Below, one piece after another: positions 9,379-19,900 of a stretch of DNA of 56,588 nucleotides (its first letter is position 1; each line of letters opens with the position of its first letter). Location: positions 1 through 56,588 of the forward strand of contig JBGSST010000238.1 of assembly GCA_041736915.1 (NCBI GenBank), read 5' to 3'. Made by a program: the position numbers and the translations under genes. This DNA comes from Bdellovibrionota bacterium (GTDB lineage Bacteria > Bdellovibrionota > FAC87 > UBA2466). Below the pieces are notes generated by a model that searched no databases, was not told the DNA's origin, and worked only from the letters and a program-made list of their open reading frames with translations.

Positions 9379-9423
9379 GTTTCCCCTTTTAGATGTCGGG
9401 ATGGATCGTTAACGTTCCCGGTG

Positions 9424-11208
9424 ATGAAAACACTTTTCTCCTCTCTTGTAAGCGCCCTTTTGTTGCTGTCGTCCTGTCAGTCTTCACCCACGGTGGTGTC
9501 GGGAAATACGGGCAACGAGTCCGGGGTGGTCTCGACTTCGGCGCTCAACGCCTCCTTTTACTCGGAAGGGCATCTCGATTTTCCGAAGTGGAAACGAGAC
9601 AACACCTGCTGTACGGCTCGCGGACGCAAGGCGGCGATTGCCTCGGGCGGATCGCACTCGTCGAAGATTGGGACCGACATCATGGCCAAGGGCGGTAACC
9701 TCGTCGACGCTTCGGTCGCGACGGCGTTCGCGTTGGCGGTGGAACGTCCCCATTCGTGCGGAATCGGGGGCGGCGGTTTTCTGCTGCTGCGAAAGCGCAA
9801 AGGCTCGACCTATTTCTACGACTTTCGTGAAACCGCGCCGCTCAAAGCCACCCGGGACATGTACCTGAACGAAAAAGGCGAGATCATTCCCGGAAAGAGC
9901 ACCGAAGGCGGCGCCGCGGTGGCGGTGCCCGGATTCGTGAAAGGGCTTTACGACATTCACAAGGCTCACGGGTCGATGCCGTGGGAAAAGGTAGTAAAGC
10001 CCGCGGCCGAGCTGGCCGCCAACGGATACAAGATCTATCCCTCGCTCGCGGAGGCCATTCAACGCAACACTACCGAGCTTCAGGCCGACGCTTATCTCGG
10101 AAAACTTTTTCAGAATGATAAGGGCGAGTGGCTGAAGGAAGGCGACGCTTTCGTGCAGCGCGATCTCGCCTCCACGTTGAACGCGATTGCCAAGCAGGGG
10201 CCCAAAGCGTTCCACCAGGGGGCCATCGCGAAGGCCATCGTGAAGGCGGCCAACGATCGCGGCGGCATTCTGCAGCTGAAAGATCTTTCCGATTACCGCA
10301 TGGCCCAGCGTCGTCCCATTCTGGGCGAGTGGCGGGGCTTTCAGGTAATTAGCGCCCCTCCGCCGAGCGCGGGCGGCACTTTGATGATGGCCATGCTCAA
10401 CACGCTGGCGCCGATGGATCTGTCGACGTCGCGCCCGCTGGTCGACAATATCGATCGCCTAGCCCGCGTGATGAAGGCGGCGTACCTCGAGCGCGGCGTA
10501 TTCGGCGATTCGGATTTCGTGGGCAAGCAGTACCAGGCATTGCTGAAGGATGAGTTCGCCACCAAAACCCGCGCCACCATCGTGGGCAAAGGGGACATGC
10601 CGACGAACAAACCCTTGCCGCCCGACGATCGCGGTACGGCGCATCTGTCGGCGATGGACGGTTTGGGGAACGCGGTGGCTTCCACTATTACCATCAATGG
10701 CAGCTTCGGCGCCGCGGTGGGCGTTCCCGGCACCGGCATCATCCTCAACAACGAGATGGACGACTTCAGCAGCAAGCCCGGTGAGCCGAACGCGTACGGG
10801 CTAATCGGCTCGGAGAATAACTCCATCGAGCCGCGCAAGCGTCCGGTGTCGAGCATGACGCCTACGATTCTCGTGAAGAACGACGAGCCCGTGCTGGCGG
10901 TGGGCGGAGCCGGTGGGTCGCGCATTTTGTCGAGCGTGTTTCAAGTCGTGTACCACTCCACGGTGACCTATCCGCAGGACGTGCGCCGTGCGATGTTCGC
11001 TCCACGCCTGCATCACCAAGGGGTGCCGGACCGCCTCGACCTCGAGGACGGCTTTCCCGAGTCGGTGAAAGCTTCTCTGCGCAGCAATGGTTTCACGGTA
11101 GGACCCTTCAAGTGGCATGCGCAGATTGAGGCCGTGGGACGAGACGCCGACGGAGATTTCGTCGCGGTCTTCGATCCGCGCGACGAAGGTGGAGCGAGTG
11201 CCCGATGA
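9424..11208 (+). CDS. ggt: Gamma-glutamyltransferase (lipoprotein-type signal)
   Basis: ATG at 9424 gives MKTLFSSLVSALLLLSSCQ (lipobox LSSC). GGT motifs GGGGFLL, the autoprocessing region GTAHLSAMD, and PRKRPVSSMTP. Confidence 0.9.
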   Translation: MKTLFSSLVSALLLLSSCQSSPTVVSGNTGNESGVVSTSALNASFYSEGHLDFPKWKRDNTCCTARGRKAAIASGGSHSSKIGTDIMAKGGNLVDASVATAFALAVERPHSCGIGGGGFLLLRKRKGSTYFYDFRETAPLKATRDMYLNEKGEIIPGKSTEGGAAVAVPGFVKGLYDIHKAHGSMPWEKVVKPAAELAANGYKIYPSLAEAIQRNTTELQADAYLGKLFQNDKGEWLKEGDAFVQRDLASTLNAIAKQGPKAFHQGAIAKAIVKAANDRGGILQLKDLSDYRMAQRRPILGEWRGFQVISAPPPSAGGTLMMAMLNTLAPMDLSTSRPLVDNIDRLARVMKAAYLERGVFGDSDFVGKQYQALLKDEFATKTRATIVGKGDMPTNKPLPPDDRGTAHLSAMDGLGNAVASTITINGSFGAAVGVPGTGIILNNEMDDFSSKPGEPNAYGLIGSENNSIEPRKRPVSSMTPTILVKNDEPVLAVGGAGGSRILSSVFQVVYHSTVTYPQDVRRAMFAPRLHHQGVPDRLDLEDGFPESVKASLRSNGFTVGPFKWHAQIEAVGRDADGDFVAVFDPRDEGGASAR

Positions 11209-12149
11209 AATTTCTTTTTGTCGCCGATCCGATCGCCAAGCTAAACCCCAAGGGAGATAGCACACTTGCCATGGCGCGCGCGGCGCTGGCCCAAAAGATC
11301 GAGTGCTCGTGGGTGAGCCCCGACAAGCTTTGGCTGCGCGGCACCGACGTGTGGGCCGCGGCGGAAACCATCGCGCCGTTCGCTAAAGACCGTCTGCCCA
11401 CCGGCGATGCGACGGGCAAAACCAAGATCGACGACTACGACGCGGTGTTTATTCGCAAAGACCCGCCGTTCGATGCCGATTACGTTCGGCTATGCTGGTG
11501 GCTATCGCTCTACGACAAGAAAGTTTATCAGTTCAACCGCGCCACGCTGTTGTTGCGGTACCACGAGAAGATGCTGCCGTTCGAGGCGGTGCACGCGGGC
11601 TTTCTGAAAGCCGAAGACCTCATTCCAACCTTCATCGGTTCTTTCACGCGTGCGGAATCGTTCGCCAAGGAGCAATCCGGCGAAGAGGTGGTGGCTAAAC
11701 CGTTTCTTGGTCACGGCGGCGAGACCATCTACCGTTTGAAGATTCGCGAGCTGTCTCCCAAGAGCATCAAGGAGACGGAAACGATGATGTGGCAGCCGCT
11801 GCTCAAAGAGGTGAGCGAGCTGGGCGATCGCCGCGTGCTTTACCTGAATGGTGAAATTCTGGGCGACATCGTGCGCGTGCCCAAGCCGGGCAGCATCGTA
11901 TCCAACTTGGCGCAGGGGGGCTCGGCCGTTCACCGTCCGATGAATGCCGACGAGTTACGCGTGGCCGAGGCCCTGGGCCGTTTCCTGAAACAGGAAGGCA
12001 TCGTGTTTGCCGGCTCCGACATGATCGGCGCCAATCTGTCGGAGGTGAACGTCACTTCGCCTACCGGTTTGCGATCGCTCGAAGCGCTACACGGCGACGA
12101 CAAGGCCGCGGAGATCATCAAGGCGGTCGTAAGCCAAGTCAGCCTTTGA
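11205..12149 (+). CDS. gshB: Glutathione synthetase (ATP-grasp, GshB type)
   Basis: Collinear with E. coli GshB motifs: RKDPPFD, GDRRVL, SNLAQGG, EVNVTSPTG. The start overlaps the ggt stop (ATGA). Confidence 0.9.
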   Translation: MKFLFVADPIAKLNPKGDSTLAMARAALAQKIECSWVSPDKLWLRGTDVWAAAETIAPFAKDRLPTGDATGKTKIDDYDAVFIRKDPPFDADYVRLCWWLSLYDKKVYQFNRATLLLRYHEKMLPFEAVHAGFLKAEDLIPTFIGSFTRAESFAKEQSGEEVVAKPFLGHGGETIYRLKIRELSPKSIKETETMMWQPLLKEVSELGDRRVLYLNGEILGDIVRVPKPGSIVSNLAQGGSAVHRPMNADELRVAEALGRFLKQEGIVFAGSDMIGANLSEVNVTSPTGLRSLEALHGDDKAAEIIKAVVSQVSL

Positions 12150-12390
12150 CGTAGTGCTCTTTCAAATAGTCGATGATGTCGTCGCTCTCGTACATCTTTA
12201 CCCCGCGCTCGGGGTCGACGAGGTAGGGCACCTGGGTTTTACCGCCCAAACGCATTAGCTCTTCCTTCAGCGGCGTGCTGGCCGATCCCATGGGCACGGG
12301 CTTCGACACGTAGGGAATCGATTCGACCTCCATGAAGTAACGGACCTTCACGCAGTAGGGACAACGTTCAGCGTGGTATAGCTCGATCAT
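12139..12390 (-). CDS. Glutaredoxin-like protein
   Basis: 83 aa with the CPYC active site (MIELYHAERCPYCVKV) and TQVPYL...DSDDIIDYL. The upstream 337-aa track ORF extension is an alternate-frame artefact over the next gene. Confidence 0.85.
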   Translation of the reverse strand: MIELYHAERCPYCVKVRYFMEVESIPYVSKPVPMGSASTPLKEELMRLGGKTQVPYLVDPERGVKMYESDDIIDYLKEHYVKG

Positions 12391-13112
12391 TTTTTCTCCT
12401 TGGTTTTCTTTAAGTGTTTGAGGGCTTCGCGGCGGCTCAGCGGGTGCAAACGGGCTTCGTTCTGCTTCACGTAAGTCAGCACCGCGCGAGGCTGCGATCG
12501 GGCCAGCTGACGTAACGCCCAGCCGATCGCTTTGTTCAGAAAAAACTCTTTCGAGCCCAGCGAAGGCTCGATGCACGCGTAAAGCAGCGACAGATCCGTG
12601 GCCTGCTTGGCGGGGAGCTGACAGAGAATCGCCGTACGTCGCACCCAGATATTTTTGTCGCGGCTCCAGCTGAGCATCATCGGCTTCATCGTATCCGGAT
12701 AGGCTTGCACGATTGGCGCCACACTTTGCGTGGCAATATCGTCCACGAAGTCCCACCACGCGCCGGTAGTGATGAGGTGCCGATACAGCGGTAACGCCGC
12801 CGGAGTTTGAAACGGTCGAGCACTCTTCACCTTGCACAAAAACAGCGCGCCGTAGCGCTCTTCGCGGAACTGGGCGCCGTCCCAGATCTCGCGCACCGCC
12901 GTCTTCCATTCCGCGGGCGTAGCGAACTCCAACGAGCCCAGCAGCTTGCGGAACAGGGGCCTGGCCACGGGGGTTTGCACGCCGTGGTAGGGCATGACCG
13001 ACTTCATGTAGGCCTGCATCTGCGGGGCTTTTACGGGGCTTCCGGCCCGGGAGAGTTTGGTACGTAGCTGTTTCAATAGGGAAATTTGGGGCGCCGCCAT
13101 CGACGACAGCAA
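12387..13112 (-). CDS. DNA alkylation repair protein (AlkD/HEAT-like, DNA_alkylation family)
   Basis: 241 aa with family-like motifs: MKSVMPYHGVQTPV, FREERYGAL, WWDFVD, WVRRTAI, NKAIGWALR. A 4-nt overlap with the glutaredoxin gene. Confidence 0.8.
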   Translation of the reverse strand: MLSSMAAPQISLLKQLRTKLSRAGSPVKAPQMQAYMKSVMPYHGVQTPVARPLFRKLLGSLEFATPAEWKTAVREIWDGAQFREERYGALFLCKVKSARPFQTPAALPLYRHLITTGAWWDFVDDIATQSVAPIVQAYPDTMKPMMLSWSRDKNIWVRRTAILCQLPAKQATDLSLLYACIEPSLGSKEFFLNKAIGWALRQLARSQPRAVLTYVKQNEARLHPLSRREALKHLKKTKEKK

Positions 13113-13229
13113 ACCACCGATTGCTACGGCTGTTAAGGCTAAAACGGCTCACCGCGCAATTGCGTTGATCCGCTAGGCAACCTTCACTACCTAAGGAAAG
13201 AACAGGTTTTCTTAAGTAAGGAGGGGGCG

Positions 13230-13946
13230 ATGAGTCGGGGAATCTTTGTCCTAGTAATGGGTTTGGCTTCCGCAGCGATGGGAAGTCCTTTGGACGGCAA
13301 GATTGGCCGGGCGGAACGCGTGGCGATCGTAGTGGTGGAGCTGGCCACTCACGCCCCGAAAGATCGGCGTTTCTTCTACGAGTTCGTGGAAGCGGCGGCG
13401 CACGCCGAAACCAAGAACCGGATTAAGCCGATTTACGGCAAGGTCGTCTTGCTTTCGGGGGTCAACGCCACTTTGCCCGCGCTGCAAAAAGCGATGGAGA
13501 GTGCGGCGAACGAAGATCGCGTGAAGGCGGTAGACATGTTCCTGCATCTGCACGGTAGCCCCGGCGGGATTTCGTTGCGGGACGGGCACCTCTCTGCGGC
13601 GAAGATCGCCGAGACTCTCTCCGCCGTGACTAAGCTGCCGGCCAAGCTGCGCGCTTTGAACTCCACCGCCTGCTGGGGAGCCACCCACATCAAAGATTTT
13701 CTGGCCGCCGGCTTCAAGGTGGCTAGCGGTTCGCGCAAGGTAAACGCAAACGGGGCCCACGACACTCCGGCGTTTCTTTCCAACTGGGGTAAAGGGGCCA
13801 CGTACTTTACCGCGCAAGAAAAAGGCAACGACTCGCGCTGGATCGCCTTCTACGACAAGATTGCCGGTAGCTGGGGCATGGGCGCGGTCGATAGCTTTAA
13901 GGAAGTCGAAGGCAAGTCGGACATTACGATTTCCGACGCGCCTTAA
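13230..13946 (+). CDS. Secreted hypothetical protein with clan-CD-like His-Gly / Ala-Cys pattern
   Basis: Signal peptide MSRGIFVLVMGLASAAMG. VDMFLHLHG (H108-G109) and LRALNSTAC (C148) each follow hydrophobic strands, about 40 aa apart. The 3' end overlaps the giant gene by 23 nt (convergent). Confidence 0.65.
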   Translation: MSRGIFVLVMGLASAAMGSPLDGKIGRAERVAIVVVELATHAPKDRRFFYEFVEAAAHAETKNRIKPIYGKVVLLSGVNATLPALQKAMESAANEDRVKAVDMFLHLHGSPGGISLRDGHLSAAKIAETLSAVTKLPAKLRALNSTACWGATHIKDFLAAGFKVASGSRKVNANGAHDTPAFLSNWGKGATYFTAQEKGNDSRWIAFYDKIAGSWGMGAVDSFKEVEGKSDITISDAP

Positions 13947-16900
13947 CTTTTACCGGAACCCTTTTCGGCTGCCGGGCCATCGCGAGACGGCCGACCAGCA
14001 GAGCCAGGATCAGGATCATCACGTTTAGCATAGCTCCCAGTCCGGGCTTGGCCGGTTGGGCGGAGTGTACGGCGGCGCACGAGCCGCTAGAGGAGGCGGC
14101 CGGGGCATTCGCCGACGGGCCCGGCACGGACGCCAGAATGCGATCGCCCGCAGACGGTATCTTAACCTTGAGCATCGGGTCGCCGAAAAGGGTCCAGCTT
14201 CCGGTAATGTCGGCCGAGCCGCCTCGCAGCTTCGCCATGCGAACCGAGTCGCCAAGCCGCGCTTCCGGATGAGTGACGATGTACTCGTACAGGGCGTCTT
14301 GAACGCGTACCTGGAGGTCCGGAACGGTGAGCGTAGTCGAGGCAAACATGGCCACCGCGCCGCCGTGCCCGTTGAAGAGTAGCTTGTCGGCTAAGCTCAA
14401 CGTTGCGGGGTCCGCGTCGTAGTACATACCGTTCAAGCAGTTCATGGCGACTACGATCGGCAGCTGGGTATTGGTCAGCCCTTCCGCATCGTCGTTGTTA
14501 AACACGTTGAGGTCCGACCACACATTCTCGGCGCCGTGGCCGAGGAAATGAATGAACAGCGCGCCGTTATTGAACGAGTTCAGGATCGCATTCTTAAAGG
14601 CCGCATCGCCAAGCACGCTGCGCTTAACGAGGTTGACCGTGGTGTACTGGTTCCACTGGCCGGGCAAGAGCGAAGCCAGGCGTTCGGCCTTCTCGTCGAA
14701 CTTCTCGCCGCCGTACAACTCGGTGTCGCTGAGCAGGGTAAAGCGTTGGGCCGCGTCGCCCGTCGGACTGGTGGCGCCGCTTTCGTAGGTGATCACCTTT
14801 TCGATATAAGTCTCTACCGCCCGTACCGTGCCGCCCGGGATACGGCCGATGGCCAACGCCGGAGCGTCCGAGCCTTCGGTGAGCGCGACGTAGAAGTTGT
14901 CGTTACCGTAGTCCACCGCTTGGCCCTTGCTGAAGTAAGTCGGTACGCCGCTGGCGAGACCGTAGCCAAGCTGATTCTTAGGGTCTAACGAGGCATCGCC
15001 GATTAGCACCACGTACTTGGGCGCCGGGGCCTGCCAGTTGGCGATGGAGTAGGCGATGAAGTCTTTGATCGCCTGCGGAGATCGAACTCCCTGGCCAAAC
15101 TCCATGAAGATATCTTCGGTTGGTACCAAAGCCGTGCGCGCACCGTTCGATCGGCGCCATTCGGCGAGCCGCGCCGCCGCCGAGAGGAGTCGCCGGGGAC
15201 CGATGTAAAGCACGTCGGCTCCCTGAGCGAGTCCCTTCCAGTTACTGCCCTGATTGAGCTCTAACGCCCACGGTGAAAACACCGCGGAATCCGCAACGAC
15301 CACTAGGCGGCGGCCAAGCGAGCTGCTAGCCGGCGTTGTGGCAAACTTCACGGCGAAGATACCGTCGTTATCGGTGATGACCGCGTTGCTGATTAGCGCG
15401 GTACCCGTGATTTGCGAGATGTCGTACACCGCGATCGCGCCGGACGACAATCCGTCGACCAGCATATCCTTCCCGGCCTGCGTGTTTTGAATGTCGGCAA
15501 AACCGCTGTCCACGCGGAAAGTGTGTGGATAATCCACGGTCATACGCTCGATGTTTACTACGTCATAGTCGCCCGACGGCACTAAATCGCCCAGCACCCG
15601 TACTTCGATCTGGTTGCGGCCGGCGACGAACATCGATGCCGGGACCGTGAACTCCATCGAGTAGGGTTGGTTTGATTGAAAAACGTGGTCTCCCAGCGAG
15701 CTGGCCGAGCCGTTCACGTATAAACCAAGGTGGTGCACCGGATTGTTAAGCACGGCGCCTTTACCGCCCTTTACGGACAGACGAATGAGCACGTGCCCGG
15801 TAGACGCCAAGTTGGGCAGATCGAACTCGGGCTTCAGCGAAGCATCGCCCGGCGAAGTCTCCGGAGCATAAATCCGGCCCCAGTAAATATGTTCGACGTT
15901 GTCCGCGATGGGCTCGTTAAAGAGCGCGATGCTGGCGTTCTTTAGCTCGATACGACGGCGGAATGCGGTTTGCGTGGAGTCGACGTTGGTGGGCGTGCCA
16001 TCCACGTCATCCATACGCAGGCCGTTCACGGAATCCACGTACAGAACGAGTGAGTTGCGGTCCGACGTATGAACATCGAAATACGGCGCAAAGAAGCGAA
16101 TCTCATCGCCCGGCGAGAAATTCGCACCTGCGGCCAAAACCTGGAGCGGAAGCTCACCCATCTTCGAAAACAGACGTAATTTATCGACGTTTGCCCCCGC
16201 GAACGGGCCGTCCACGCCGGCGGCGACTAAATCTGAGTAGCTAAGCTTGTACATGCCCGACTTACGAAGGTGAATCTTGAGGCCGCCTTCATAACCCCAG
16301 GGGCCGCTTTCCGTAACCGGTGCGCCTACGTTCCAGTTAGGCGCGCCCGAGAGATGAACGTCGAAGGTGATCTGCGAAATGGCATTCGCCACGCGCGTGA
16401 CCGGATTGTACTTAACCGGACGCACCACGATGGGGAGGTAGTACAGCCCCTGATTTTCGACAATCTCTTGGAACTCCACCGGCTCCGACGGTAGCGACTG
16501 GTTGGTAGTGTAGAAAGCGGTGTCGATTTCGCGTGACGAGATGAGCGCGCCATTCACGACGGTCCAGGTGCGGGCCGCGACTATGTCGATTGACGTCGTA
16601 TCGGAGGCCGTACGCGACACTTCCGCGAAGCTCGCGGCGTCCGCCCCGGGAACTTCGACGAGCACTACGCGTTCCGGAAGCTCGGGCTTTCCGCCTTCGG
16701 TGGTCGAAGCGTAACCTTCGATCGCAAGCTGATCGTAACCCACCATATCGGACGCTGACCTTACGAAGGCCGGCACATCGATACGCAAGCGCAATGAGTT
16801 CTTCGTTTTTGCCAGCTGAGTGACCCCCGGAGCCACGGTCACGATGCCGGGAGTCGTGTCATTCAGTGAGGGGGCTCCACCGCCACTCGTGTTGGTACTT

Positions 16901-19900
16901 ACGATGGCGCCCGAGCTAGCCGCCGGCACTACGCCGAGCGAGTTGAGCGGAGTGGCCGATACGGGGCCGTGAAACTTGCGCTTACCATTCACCGCGATGT
17001 CTTCCAGACGGTAGTAGTACGTTACGCCGTTAGTGACGCCCGAATCACGGAAGTCGTAGTTACCGTGCACCGTTCCGCTCTGGATTGGATTACGAATGAG
17101 CGTCGGGTTGACCTGCGCGTAACCATCGCTGGGGCTGACGCTGCGGTAGATGTTGAAACCTCGGTGCGCCGATTCCTGACCCGTTTGCCACAGCAGGCGA
17201 ACGACTCCGTTGTACGGCTCGGCTTTAAAAGCCTGCGACAGCGATACCGGCGACGATGCATTGGAGATCGTGGCTCCGCAGTTGGTCATCGAGACTTTGG
17301 TGGCTGGGTCGGGAATTCCGACCGCGAATTGGAAATCGCCGAACCAGTTGGTGAAGTTCACCGTCTGGTTACTGCAGCCCGTGGATGCCAAGAGGTAATA
17401 GGTTTCGCTGGGGTCGGGAGGCGAACCATCGGGGCCCCAGTTGAAACCGACGTAGTCGGCGCCGGACGGCAGAGTGCCGGTAGTATTCATCTGAATGCCG
17501 TACACATCGCTGGGTGCACAAAATGAGGGGCTCGGAATTTCGCGTAGCTGTCCGCCGGCCAAACTCGGCACGTTGGTCGTGCCGGTGATCTGCATACCCG
17601 GACAGGTCAGCCATTCGACGAGCCAGCCGTCGAGGTCGAGGTTTCCGGAAGTGGCCACGAAAGACCACCGGCCCGTGCCGCCACCGGAGTGGGTCATCGT
17701 CGCTTTATTGCTCGTCAGCTGGGGGTAGCCATCATTGACCCCGCCAAGCTTCAAAGTGCCGCCCGCCACGGTAAAGGTCGTGGAAGGGGCCACCGCTACG
17801 GTACTACCGCCGTCAACCTGGAAAGTGGCCGAGCTTAGCGTAGCCGCGTCCGGTAAAGTCAGAGTGTCGCCATTGCGAACATTAAAGATAAAGTTCTGGC
17901 TCGCGGGGATCTCAAAATGGTTGATCGTGAGGTTGTTGTTACCGATGTACACATACCCGCCAGCCGTCTTGTTGAACACGAGGTAGTCGAGGGCGGACGA
18001 GCTTTGGAGCGTTTGGTTGGTCACCGTCGATCCATCGTCCAGGATCGTGATCGTGGCCGTGGCGCTCCCTTGGATGATCGTTCCGGTGTTGGTGAGGGAT
18101 CCATATACGCTCAACGTCTGGCCTGAGTTGATCGTGAGCGTTCCGTTACCAATGGTAACCGACTTACAAACGGCTCCGACGGCGTTGATGATGGGCGAGT
18201 TCGTGGCGTTGTTGATCACACAGTTCCGGGTCGCATCGGGAATGATGGTATTGGGTGACCAGTTGAGCGGATTGAACCAGTCCGTCGAGACCGCGCCAGT
18301 CCAATTCACCGTATTACCAATGATCGTTAGTGTACGACCCGATTTAGGCGGGGCGAAGGACCCGTTAAAGCTATAGCCTTCGCTGTTCACCACGTCGCCG
18401 GACGTCCCTATCTTGGCGATGAGGGTAGCGCCGGAGGTCGCCGCCGAAGCTACGTCAAACTCGATGTAGACGCAGCGTTGGGGTGGCGACGTCAGATCCG
18501 ACTGCACCGTGACGCCGGTCAATCCACTGAACGTAATGGAGGGAGGGCTACCCGAAAAGGTTAAGGCCGTACCCACCTGAGTACCGCCCGAGCCGGAGCA
18601 CGCAGCGTCGTAGTAAAGTCGAGCGCTCGACACATCGGATGAAGAGCCCGTACCGTCGAGGGTCACTTTGACCGAGGTTAGGTCGGTGTTGTCGTAGACT
18701 CCCGGATCGGTTTGCTGAAACGACCACCAGCCGGCGCGTAGGGCAGTGTCGCCCTGGTTCGTGTTGTTCGCTCCGGAAGTGGCGGTGTGCACTCCCGATT
18801 GGGTGCCGCTGGTGTTGATGGCCGCTCCGCCCAAGGTCGCCGTTACCGAGAAGGTGTTGGTGGTCGGGGCCGGCGAAGCAGCCACGTAGTAGGTGGTGGC
18901 CGGAGCAAGCCCAGTCGGCAGCGCTCCCGTGGTCGAGAAAACGACGGAGGCGCCGGCAATTAGCCCGTGCGACGTGTACGTTACTACCCCGGGGTTGGCG
19001 ATAGTGATCGTGACCGTGCCGGAGGCATCCACCGATGCGAGCTTCAAAGTGGTAGTGGGGGTCGCCCAGGTGACAATGTATGAAGGGTCGGTGTCAAAAG
19101 CGTCGCCGGTCAAGTTGCCGCTGTACGCATCAATGGTGAGCGTTCCCGCGGCTACCGCGCCGCCGGTAACTACTGATTGGGCTCCGGTGGCGGGCGAACC
19201 GTCTAGATCGAACGTCATGTTGTCCCACGCGTTGCCGGGCACCTGCCGATTCAGCGTAATCATGACTGGGTTGGTGCCGATCGGATAAGTGAACGCGCCA
19301 TTCTGTAGGTAGTGGGTGGCGTCAATCGTAGCCCCGGAGCCAATGGTGACGCCGGCTACGGCCAGACGGTTGAACGAGTAGTACTGCGCCTTGATCGTTC
19401 CGCTAACACTTACCGCGCAGCCGGTAGTGGTTCCGGTGCAGGAGAACGATGCGGGCTGCGAGGAATTGCCGACAATCTCGAGCGTACCGGAGGCTCCAAC
19501 CGTAAGTGTCCGCCCATCCCCGAGGATGAGGTAGGCGCCCGGATCAATTTTGAGGGTGCCCCCGTTGACGTTTATGTTGCCCGCCACCGTTAAGGTATTG
19601 CCCGCGGTAATGCGTAACGTTCCCGCGGACAGGGTTAGGTCTCCCGTCATCGAAAAGTCGCTGTTCACCGTTACCGTGCCGCTGCCGGCGGAATTGTTGA
19701 TGGTAACTCCGCCAGGGAAGGTCGTTTCGGCGTAGATACTCTGATTGGCGGTAGTCGAAGCGAAGGTGATGTTGCCGTTCGTGGCGGTCGTAAAGTTGTA
19801 CGAGCTTCCGATTTCCAGTGAACCTAGCACCGTGAACACGTTGGTCGTGTTGTTCCAGGACAAACGGCCACTGTCCGGCAGCGTAACGTTGTTACAGGTG

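Noticed and set aside
9004-9423. N-terminal 140-aa extension of the ggt ORF. Analogous extensions occur at 45750..47336 (mtaB), 26170..26334 (nucleotidyltransferase), 5125..5277, 12391..13152 and 29059..29274.
   Set aside because: The extensions overlap neighbouring genes or repeat-derived sequence and lack family similarity. Internal starts give proper signal peptides or canonical N-termini, often with 4-nt gene overlaps.
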